A stretch of DNA of 56,936 bases from Bacteroidia bacterium (GTDB lineage: Bacteria; Bacteroidota; Bacteroidia; JABEUT01). The stretch covers positions 1-56,936 of the forward strand of contig DATHOD010000153.1 in NCBI GenBank assembly GCA_035485295.1. Direction: 5' to 3'. The notes below the pieces were generated by a model that saw nothing but the letters and a program-made list of their open reading frames with translations, was not told where the DNA came from and ran no database searches. A program made the position numbers and the translations under genes. Positions 39,356 to 46,527 of the stretch are shown here, one piece after another. Each line of letters starts with the position of its first letter. Positions within the stretch are counted from its first letter, which is position 1.

Positions 39356-40431
39356 ACTATTTTTATAGTTGGTGCAATTACATTAAGCAAGGTCTGTGCT
39401 TTCATTATGGTTTCGTTCCATTCCTTTTCAGGGTCTGAATCGGCTGTTATGCCACCACCCACAAAAAGGTTTGCTCTATCAGAGAAAAGTTCAGCACACC
39501 TAAGGTTAACATACCATTCCGTTTTACCATTCATATTACATGGGCCAAGGTAACCGGTATAGTACTTCCTTTGGTGCTTTTCTGTCTCCATTATAAAATC
39601 CAATGCCTTATCCCTTGGTAATCCACATACTGCAGGGGTCGGATGAAGATCACTCAATATCTGGTACATGCCTGTGTTAAGTGTGCCGCTGAACTCTGTT
39701 TTAAGGTGGGCAATATTTCCGGCAATAACTTCATCGGGGCCTGAGGTCTGAACATCTATACAATTATTAATCAAGACTGTATACACGTAATCAGTTACCA
39801 TTTGCTGTTCATCTTTTTCCTTTTCTCCCCAAGGTATATTCTTGTTTGCAGGTTTTGTTCCTGCCAAGGCAACCGATTTAACTCTATCTCCTTCTAATGA
39901 AACCAGCAGTTCAGGTGAAGCCGTAAGCCACACTGTTTTACCCGGAATAACTACCAAAGAAACAAAGGCAGTGCTATACTTTATGCATAACTCAGTAAAT
40001 ATTGCAGCCGGATTCTTTTCCTTTACTGTTGCCTTTTCTACTCTTGATAAAATCACCTTCTCCAAAACTCCTTTATGAATTGTCTTAACCGCTTTCTTAA
40101 CCTGATCGCAAAACTCTTCTCGGGTAGCTTTCACATTAACCAAATCTTCTCCGCAAATGTCGTCTATGTTAATCTTTACACTGGTAAGGTCTTCCAGGTG
40201 GAGCTCAAAATGAGTATCCTTTCTTATGAAGACAGCGGGTGTTTTTTCATTTCTTAAAAACGGATTGAACATAAAGCCGGGAGCCTCTGAAGCCTTTATG
40301 GTACCTCCAGGAACTTCAGCCATAAAATGCACTTCTGTTTTACCGGGTAACCTATAAAACACAAAGGGAAGTTTCTGCGCAATGCAGGTTTCAATAATTC
40401 CGTTTAATGTTTTACTTTCTGTTTTAGCCAT
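39352..40431 (-). CDS. menF: isochorismate synthase
   Basis: Chorismate-binding C-terminal domain (HPTPAVCG, GGGIT), first gene of the men block. I prefer the Met21 start (MAKTESK...) at 40431 over the track start at 40491. Confidence 0.85.
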   Translation of the reverse strand: MAKTESKTLNGIIETCIAQKLPFVFYRLPGKTEVHFMAEVPGGTIKASEAPGFMFNPFLRNEKTPAVFIRKDTHFELHLEDLTSVKINIDDICGEDLVNVKATREEFCDQVKKAVKTIHKGVLEKVILSRVEKATVKEKNPAAIFTELCIKYSTAFVSLVVIPGKTVWLTASPELLVSLEGDRVKSVALAGTKPANKNIPWGEKEKDEQQMVTDYVYTVLINNCIDVQTSGPDEVIAGNIAHLKTEFSGTLNTGMYQILSDLHPTPAVCGLPRDKALDFIMETEKHQRKYYTGYLGPCNMNGKTEWYVNLRCAELFSDRANLFVGGGITADSDPEKEWNETIMKAQTLLNVIAPTIKIV

Positions 40432-40558
40432 AAGCGAGTGCAAATATATAATAGCTTTAGAAGCAACAGCCCATAGGTATACTATATGCAAGTAAGCCTA
40501 CTTTAATTTTATGCCTTTTTTATCGTATATTCGTAATAACCATTCCAATATAATAGGC

Positions 40559-40954
40559 ATGAAATGCACATTGGGGGCATTTTTTATTTTTCTCTTGTCA
40601 TTCGGTTGCAGTGCGCAAAATCAGCTCACAATCCCCGGGATTAGAATACTGCTGCAAGGCCATTGGGCATCCATACAGGACTCTAATTATACATGGACGG
40701 TTACAGGAGACAATCTTATAGAGTCCAAAGGAAAATACACCCGCCCTCAGAGTTATGACTATACTATAGTAAACGAGACTTGCGACCCACAGGTAGATAA
40801 AAGAGCCAATGGAAAAAGCTCAAGTGGCTTTTATATTGATGAAAGTAGCACAATAAATGGCATGGAATTCTGTAACATGGTGGTTACCATGACAAAGGAC
40901 ACCCTTTCCTTGTTGTCGGTAGATGGGCATGTTACCTTCAAAAAGAAGCAATAA
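40559..40954 (+). CDS. hypothetical secreted protein or lipoprotein
   Basis: The internal start MKCTLGAFFIFLLSFGCSAQ gives a signal peptide with a Cys near the cleavage site. I recognise no family. Confidence 0.5.
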   Translation: MKCTLGAFFIFLLSFGCSAQNQLTIPGIRILLQGHWASIQDSNYTWTVTGDNLIESKGKYTRPQSYDYTIVNETCDPQVDKRANGKSSSGFYIDESSTINGMEFCNMVVTMTKDTLSLLSVDGHVTFKKKQ

Positions 40955-40998
40955 ACAAGGTTATTTGCCTAAAGGGTTTATTGATTCATATTTTTTCT

Positions 40999-41006
40999 TA
41001 AATTTG
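40999..41006 (+). promoter_or_regulatory. putative -7 box of rpmE promoter
   Basis: TAAATTTG (TAnnTTTG), 22 nt upstream of the ATG. Confidence 0.35.
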
Positions 41007-41028
41007 CACCCCTAATTAAATAAAAGTC

Positions 41029-41301
41029 ATGAAAAAAGGCATTCATCCAGAGAGCTATCGCTTAGTTGTTTTTAAGGACGTTTCTAATGATTACGCGTTC
41101 CTTTCACGCTCAACCGCCGATACAAAAGATACTATTACCTGGGAAGACGGTAACGAATACCCATTGGTAAAACTTGAAATTTCAAATATGTCTCACCCGT
41201 TCTATACCGGTAAAATGAAAATGGTAGATACAGCAGGACGTATTGATAAGTTCCGTACACGTTACAACAAGAAAGACGTAAAGAAAGAAGAAGCGAAATA
41301 A
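41029..41301 (+). CDS. rpmE: 50S ribosomal protein L31, type B (no CxxC)
   Basis: 90 aa, [10 protein letters not shown]...HPFYTGK. Confidence 0.92.
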   Translation: MKKGIHPESYRLVVFKDVSNDYAFLSRSTADTKDTITWEDGNEYPLVKLEISNMSHPFYTGKMKMVDTAGRIDKFRTRYNKKDVKKEEAK

Positions 41302-41324
41302 TTTTCGTTTATATAAAATAAGAA

Positions 41325-41357
41325 CCCTGCCAAATGGCGGGGTTTTGTTTTTTTACT
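41325..41357 (+). terminator. intrinsic terminator after rpmE
   Basis: CCCTGCC-AAAT-GGCGGGG hairpin at 41325-41342, followed by TTTTGTTTTTTT. Confidence 0.8.
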
Positions 41358-41391
41358 ACTTTCACACCATTAAAAGCTAATACCAGATTTT

Positions 41392-42585
41392 ATGAATTTA
41401 CACGAATACCAGGGCAAAACAATATTGAAACAATTTGGCGTTCCTATACAGGAAGGCATTGTTGCCAATACAGTCAATGAAGCTGTAAACGCAGCTAAAG
41501 AATTACAAAAGCAAACAGGCACACAAGTATGGGTAGTAAAAGCCCAGGTGCATGCAGGCGGAAGAGGAAAAGCCGGTGGCGTGAAAGTTGCCACATCAAT
41601 GGATGCGGTGAAAGAAAAAGCTACCGCCATACTTGGCATGAACCTTATCTCTCGCCAAACAGGTCCACAAGGAAAAATTGTACATAAGATACTTATAGCA
41701 CAAGACGTTTATTACCCAGGCCCAACAAAAACATCAGAGTTTTATTTGAGCGTGATGTTGAACCGTCAGAAAGGTAGAGACATGATAGTATATTCTCCTG
41801 CCGGTGGTATGGAAATAGAAGAAGTAGCAGAAAAGACTCCTGAACTTATTTTTAAAGAAGAAATTGACCCTAAGGTTGGGTTCCAGTCTTTCCAGGCTCG
41901 TAAAATTGCATTCAACTTTGGCCTTTCGGGCGATGCATTTAAGGCTATGGTGAAGTTTGTAACCGGTGTATACAAGGCATACAGCGCTGCAGATGCTTCT
42001 TTAATAGAAATTAACCCTGTGCTTAAAACCACAGATGAAAAAATAATAGCTGTTGACTGCAAAATGGTGTTGGATGGCAATGCACTTTTCCGTCACCCCG
42101 ATTATGCTGCAATGCGCGATATACAGGAAGAAGACCCTATTGAAGTAGAAGCAGCGGACAACAAGCTGAACTTTGTAAAATTGGATGGTAACGTAGGTTG
42201 CATGGTAAATGGCGCAGGCCTTGCTATGGCAACTATGGATATTATTAAACTTGCCGGCGGTAACCCTGCTAACTTCTTAGACGTAGGCGGAACTGCCAAT
42301 GCAGAACGCGTTGAAAAAGCATTCCGTATTATATTGAAAGAACCGGGAGTAAAAGCAATATTGGTTAATATATTTGGCGGTATTGTGCGTTGCGACAGGG
42401 TTGCACAGGGAATTGTAGATGCATATAAGAACATAGGTGAAATAAAAGTGCCTATCATTGTGCGTTTACAAGGAACCAACGCTGTTGAGGCTAAAAAAAT
42501 TATTGAAGATTCAGGCTTGAAGGTTTCTTCTGCAATATTGTTGCAAGAAGCATCTGACCTTGTTACCAAGGCACTGAAGAACTAA
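41392..42585 (+). CDS. sucC: succinate-CoA ligase (ADP-forming) beta subunit
   Basis: 397 aa with the MNLHEYQGK N-terminus and an ATP-grasp domain plus CoA-ligase domain. Confidence 0.95.
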   Translation: MNLHEYQGKTILKQFGVPIQEGIVANTVNEAVNAAKELQKQTGTQVWVVKAQVHAGGRGKAGGVKVATSMDAVKEKATAILGMNLISRQTGPQGKIVHKILIAQDVYYPGPTKTSEFYLSVMLNRQKGRDMIVYSPAGGMEIEEVAEKTPELIFKEEIDPKVGFQSFQARKIAFNFGLSGDAFKAMVKFVTGVYKAYSAADASLIEINPVLKTTDEKIIAVDCKMVLDGNALFRHPDYAAMRDIQEEDPIEVEAADNKLNFVKLDGNVGCMVNGAGLAMATMDIIKLAGGNPANFLDVGGTANAERVEKAFRIILKEPGVKAILVNIFGGIVRCDRVAQGIVDAYKNIGEIKVPIIVRLQGTNAVEAKKIIEDSGLKVSSAILLQEASDLVTKALKN

Positions 42586-42596
42586 TTATATTTTAG

Positions 42597-42616
42597 CCCA
42601 CGATTTTAATCGTGGG
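42597..42616 (+). repeat. REP-like hairpin, left
   Basis: CCCACGATT-TT-AATCGTGGG, a 9-bp perfect stem. A second AT-rich hairpin AACCAT-TTTA-ATGGTT lies at 42643-42658. Confidence 0.8.
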
Positions 42617-42674
42617 TATATGGATAACCGCCTAACATCCTTAACCATTTTAATGGTTTAATAAAAGTAGGAAC

Positions 42675-43121
42675 ATGTCACATTCATTCAATAAGATTTG
42701 GCTGCATGTAATATTCTCTACAAAAGATTGGCACCCTATGATTAAAGCCAATATAGAAGATAAAATATATGGGCATATACAAGAACAACTGATAGGATGT
42801 GGATGCTTTGTCAAAATAATTAATGGAATGCCAGACCATGTACATCTGCTTTACCTACAAAATCCGAAAATGTCTATAATAGATACACTAAAGCAAGTAA
42901 AAGGGAATACAGGACACTGGATCAACGAACAGAATATAATTCCGGATAAGTTTGCCTGGCAAGTGGGATATGCTGCATATTCAGTTAGCGAATCTCAAGT
43001 TGAGAAAGTGTATCAGTATATAGCCAATCAAAAGCAACATCATATTCGGAAGGCCTTTCAGCAGGAATATGAGGAATTTATCTCATCTCACGGATTATTA
43101 ATTGAGAATAAAAATGGTTAA
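42675..43121 (+). CDS. IS200/IS605-family Y1 transposase, REP-associated tyrosine transposase (RAYT)-like
   Basis: 148 aa. HUH motif in MPDHVHLLY. C-terminal YQYIANQKQHH contains the catalytic Tyr context typical of RAYTs. Confidence 0.85.
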   Translation: MSHSFNKIWLHVIFSTKDWHPMIKANIEDKIYGHIQEQLIGCGCFVKIINGMPDHVHLLYLQNPKMSIIDTLKQVKGNTGHWINEQNIIPDKFAWQVGYAAYSVSESQVEKVYQYIANQKQHHIRKAFQQEYEEFISSHGLLIENKNG

Positions 43122-43154
43122 AACCATTCAACTATATGATGTTGCGTGCTGTAA

Positions 43155-43174
43155 CCCACGATTAAAATCGTGGG
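43155..43174 (-). repeat. REP-like hairpin, right (inverted relative to left)
   Basis: CCCACGATT-AA-AATCGTGGG. A second hairpin AATGGTT-AA-AACCATT at 43113-43128 overlaps the transposase stop codon. Confidence 0.8.
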
Positions 43175-43223
43175 CTATAACACAATGTATTTTAATAATA
43201 ACAGCCATTATTATACCAAACCA

Positions 43224-44720
43224 ATGAAGAAGATTCTTATTGCTAACCGGGGCGAGATAGCGCTTAGGGTTATGCGTTCATGCCGCGAAATGGGCATTAG
43301 CACTGTGGCTGTATTTTCTGAAGCTGACCGTAAAGCTCCTTTTGTGCGCTATGCCGATGAAGCAGTTTGTATAGGTCCGCCTGAATCAAGCAAATCGTAT
43401 TTATTAGCTGATAAGATAATAGAAGTAGCCAAACAACTCAAAGTTGATGGTATTCACCCCGGCTACGGATTCCTTTCTGAAAATGCTGCATTTGCTAAAA
43501 AAGTAAAAGAAGCTGGAATCATATTTATTGGCCCTTCCGCTGAAGCTATGAAAATGATGGGCGATAAGCTCTCTGCAAAGTCGGCTGCAAAAAGATATAA
43601 TGTACCTATGGTACCGGGCAGCGCCGGTGCAATAACCGATATTAAAGAAGCACAGGAAGTTGCCAAGAAAGTAGGATTGCCAGTGCTTATTAAAGCCAGT
43701 GCAGGCGGTGGTGGTAAAGGTATGCGTGTAGTAGAAAAAGCAGAAGATTTAGAAGAGCAAATAAAACTTGCTACCAGCGAAGCTAAGTCAGCTTTTGGTG
43801 ATGGATCGGTATTTATTGAAAGATACGTTAAGGGCCCAAGACACATTGAGATACAGGTAATGGCCGATAACCATGGCAATGCGGTTTATCTTTTTGAGCG
43901 TGAATGTTCTATACAACGCCGCCACCAGAAGGTTGTGGAAGAAGCTCCTTCTTCTGTACTTACTCCTGAGATAAGGAAGAGCATGGGGGAATGTGCTGTA
44001 AACCTGGCTAAGGCATGTAATTATTCCGGAGCAGGAACAGTTGAGTTTTTGCTGGATGAAAATATGAATTTCTACTTTTTAGAAATGAATACCCGCTTAC
44101 AGGTGGAGCATCCGGTAACAGAATTGATAACCGGTATTGACCTTGTTAAAGAACAGATAAATGTTGCACGTGGCAACAAACTCAGCTTTAAGCAAGAAGA
44201 TTTAAAGATACACGGACACTCTATAGAAATACGCGTTTGTGCTGAGGACCCGATGAATAACTTTTTACCTGATATAGGTAAACTAACCACCTATATAATA
44301 CCAAAGGGACCGGGTGTAAGAGTTGATGATGGTATGGAAGAAGGAATGGATATTCCTATCTATTATGACCCGATGATTGCCAAGCTTATTGTACATGGTG
44401 CAGACCGCCATGAAGCAATTGAGCGTATGAAGCGTGCGATTGACGAATACAAAATATCTGGGGTACAAACCACATTAGAATTTTGCAAATTTGTAATGGA
44501 GCATCCTGCATTTATTTCAGGTAAGTTCGATACACATTTTGTAAATATTCATTTTAAACCAGAAATGCTGAAACAAAATCCTGATAGCGAAGAGCAAGAT
44601 ATTATTGCTGCTATTGCAGCCATTAGCTTTGCATCCAAGAAAGAAAAGAAACAGGTTGCAGCTATTTCCCAATCAAACGAAAAAGGTATTTCTGCCTGGA
44701 GGAGGAGAAGGGATAATTAA
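43224..44720 (+). CDS. accC: biotin carboxylase subunit of an acyl-CoA carboxylase
   Basis: MKKILIANRGEIALRVMR start and the EMNTRLQVEHPVTE motif, with no BCCP domain. The track start at 43170 lies inside the REP hairpin, so I prefer the ATG at 43224. Confidence 0.88.
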   Translation: MKKILIANRGEIALRVMRSCREMGISTVAVFSEADRKAPFVRYADEAVCIGPPESSKSYLLADKIIEVAKQLKVDGIHPGYGFLSENAAFAKKVKEAGIIFIGPSAEAMKMMGDKLSAKSAAKRYNVPMVPGSAGAITDIKEAQEVAKKVGLPVLIKASAGGGGKGMRVVEKAEDLEEQIKLATSEAKSAFGDGSVFIERYVKGPRHIEIQVMADNHGNAVYLFERECSIQRRHQKVVEEAPSSVLTPEIRKSMGECAVNLAKACNYSGAGTVEFLLDENMNFYFLEMNTRLQVEHPVTELITGIDLVKEQINVARGNKLSFKQEDLKIHGHSIEIRVCAEDPMNNFLPDIGKLTTYIIPKGPGVRVDDGMEEGMDIPIYYDPMIAKLIVHGADRHEAIERMKRAIDEYKISGVQTTLEFCKFVMEHPAFISGKFDTHFVNIHFKPEMLKQNPDSEEQDIIAAIAAISFASKKEKKQVAAISQSNEKGISAWRRRRDN

Positions 44721-44763
44721 TGTTTCGTACTTTCTTCTGAAATTCGTATCTTTATTTAACCAC

Positions 44764-45390
44764 ATGCTATTTTCAAAGCAAATAATCTTGATTTTTCTTT
44801 GTTGTTCATCATTATGCATGAATGCACAGGAAGAAATCACCGGGAAAACTGGTGAGGGTTTTGTAAGTAGTTTTGTTTGTAATACTACTAAGGCTTTAAA
44901 CAAGGAGCTGTGGGGGATTGGTTTGAACTTCGTTTATTACCCGGTGAAAAAAATTGGAGTTGGATTGAATTTAAATTTCACTGGTTTTCGTACTATTAAC
45001 GAAACATACTCCTATACTATTTCAGAACCTGCAATATCCAACTCACAATATGGAATAGTATGTCAATACAATTTAATTCAAAGTCACAAAATATTAACTA
45101 CACTGGGTGTGAGTAGTGGATTATCACAAATAAATTTAGGAGACAAGGCTATTTTAGTAAAAGCCGGAGGTTTTTCACAACCCAAAACCATTACATCCGA
45201 TTACTATTTTGCTGTGGAACCGGGTCTAAGCTTTTCATACAAAACTTGGAGTGCTGAAGGGGGTTTCTTATGGTTTACAGCTGGGGTGAAATATTGCTTT
45301 CTAATTTCGGGTAAAACCGAATTTGGCTCTTCAAATGAATTTTCCAATTATTTATTTTTTCTTGGAGTTAGTTCAGCTATTTTAAAGTAG
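44764..45390 (+). CDS. hypothetical secreted protein, possibly a small outer-membrane beta-barrel
   Basis: The internal start MLFSKQIILIFLCCSSLCMNAQ gives a signal peptide. The rest shows alternating hydrophobic beta-strand-like periodicity. The track start at 44605 overlaps accC. Confidence 0.45.
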   Translation: MLFSKQIILIFLCCSSLCMNAQEEITGKTGEGFVSSFVCNTTKALNKELWGIGLNFVYYPVKKIGVGLNLNFTGFRTINETYSYTISEPAISNSQYGIVCQYNLIQSHKILTTLGVSSGLSQINLGDKAILVKAGGFSQPKTITSDYYFAVEPGLSFSYKTWSAEGGFLWFTAGVKYCFLISGKTEFGSSNEFSNYLFFLGVSSAILK

Positions 45391-45460
45391 TGATAAATAT
45401 TACTAATAATTCACATTTAGGGTCCTCCCTTTTGGCTTGTTAATAATTATTTACTATTTT

Positions 45461-45488
45461 ATTACATATAATTAATATTATATGTAAT
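45461..45488. repeat. AT-rich perfect 12-bp inverted repeat with 4-nt spacer
   Basis: ATTACATATAAT-TAAT-ATTATATGTAAT, about 70 nt downstream of the stop at 45390. Confidence 0.8.
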
Positions 45489-45511
45489 TTTGCATTTGGT
45501 TCTTTGAAATA

Positions 45512-45557
45512 CTGCCCTCACCCAACCCTCTCCCCATGAGGAGAGGGCAAGGGGTTG
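45512..45557 (-). repeat. GC-rich hairpin repeat element, copy 4 (inverted orientation)
   Basis: CCCTCTCC-CCATGA-GGAGAGGG hairpin at 45526-45547, preceded by CCTCACCC (the reverse complement of GGGTGAGG). It matches the second module of copy 1 on the opposite strand. Confidence 0.7.
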
Positions 45558-45624
45558 TTCACTGATTAGCTATTTTGATAATTAAGGAGTTCACTAGCTT
45601 AAATTTATGACAATTTAAGGGGAG

Positions 45625-45651
45625 CCCTTCGACGAGCTCAGGATGACAAAA
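45625..45651 (+). repeat. short dispersed repeat CCCTTCGAC(A/G)AGCTCAGG..., copy b
   Basis: Matches 1902-1928 with 3 mismatches. Confidence 0.6.
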
Positions 45652-45666
45652 TATAGGAGTTGACAA

Positions 45667-45752
45667 AGGTTGACAGATTTTGGGTGTTTTTAAAAACCTG
45701 AATATTGATTATCAGCCTGTTATCTTTTTAAAAGGTCAAAAAGTGTCAACCT
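45667..45752 (+). repeat. hairpin-bounded unit A of a tandem pair (MITE-like or structured RNA)
   Basis: The termini AGGTTGACA and TGTCAACCT form a perfect 9-bp inverted repeat. Internal block CTGAATATTGATTATCAG. Confidence 0.6.
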
Positions 45753-45770
45753 ATTAAAAAAGTATACAAA

Positions 45771-45854
45771 AGGTAACACTTTTCAGAGGTTTCTCAAAAG
45801 CTGATTATTGAATATCAGAGTATTATGATTTTAGAAGGCGGAAATGTGTTACCC
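45771..45854 (+). repeat. hairpin-bounded unit B of the tandem pair
   Basis: The termini GGTAACAC and GTGTTACC form a perfect 8-bp inverted repeat. Internal block CTGATTATTGAATATCAG. It aligns block by block with unit A. Confidence 0.6.
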
Positions 45855-45869
45855 CACCCTAAAATATAC

Positions 45870-46475
45870 TTACTTGTAATGCTTCCTGGCTATAATAACA
45901 CAGGTATAGGTTCGGTACTTAGTCTCTTTAGTCCCATGTACAAACCCCACTCCTATTTCGGTCAGTCCAGCATTAAATGTCCCAACTCCTAGAAGCAATT
46001 CTCTCCCATCTTTACTATCATTGCCCTTGCCTACTATGATTGCTTTTATGGCCTCTTCACCAGAAGGAGAACCACCATCATACGCCAGAAAATTATCTGC
46101 TTTATCATGTTTCAATAATTCAGGGTCCAGTTTATAACCGGCCTTATTGATGAGGTAATTAATACCGTAGCCATCTTTATCAACCGAGCCGAAATAATCT
46201 TTCATAGCCATATCAAGAGCTTTGTTCTGGGCAACAATAGCAAGAGTATCGTTCCATATCAGCGCTGGTGCCGAAGGAATACTCTTCAGGCTAACACCGT
46301 ATCTTTCACTGTAATAATTGGGGTCTTTACGTACCTTATTCACTTGTTCGTATGCCCTTATAGCCTGCTGCTGATCAGTGTAAATGGAGTCACCTGCAGT
46401 TCTGAATGAAGCAAATAACATTATGGATAAACCAAAGCAAATAAGAAAAGATAACTTCAGGAAATTACGTAACAT
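45870..46475 (-). CDS. CAP/SCP/PR1-like domain secreted protein
   Basis: The internal start MLRNFLKLSFLICFGLSIMLFA gives a signal peptide. The body has the CAP-domain pattern (LIWNDTLAIVAQNKALDMAMKDYFGSVD). The longer track ORF would overlap the RND gene. Confidence 0.6.
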   Translation of the reverse strand: MLRNFLKLSFLICFGLSIMLFASFRTAGDSIYTDQQQAIRAYEQVNKVRKDPNYYSERYGVSLKSIPSAPALIWNDTLAIVAQNKALDMAMKDYFGSVDKDGYGINYLINKAGYKLDPELLKHDKADNFLAYDGGSPSGEEAIKAIIVGKGNDSKDGRELLLGVGTFNAGLTEIGVGFVHGTKETKYRTYTCVIIARKHYK

Positions 46476-46527
46476 AGGTGCAATATTTATAAAGGTAAAA
46501 ATAGAAAATAGTAAGCTAAAAGCAATA

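Larger units (their letters stand above)
42595..43176 (+). mobile_element. RAYT-like unit: Y1 (HUH) transposase gene bracketed by inverted REP-like hairpins
   Basis: The left hairpin at 42597-42616 and the right hairpin at 43155-43174 are reverse complements of each other, and their flanks also match (TAGCCCACG... versus ...CGTGGGCTA). Confidence 0.75.

Noticed and set aside
43170-43223. Longer track starts for several genes. These are accC at 43170, the beta-barrel-like ORF at 44605, the CAP-domain ORF at 46574, menF at 40491 and the lipoprotein-like ORF at 40511.
   Set aside because: The extensions lie in REP hairpins or overlap upstream genes. Internal ATGs give canonical N-termini or signal peptides.
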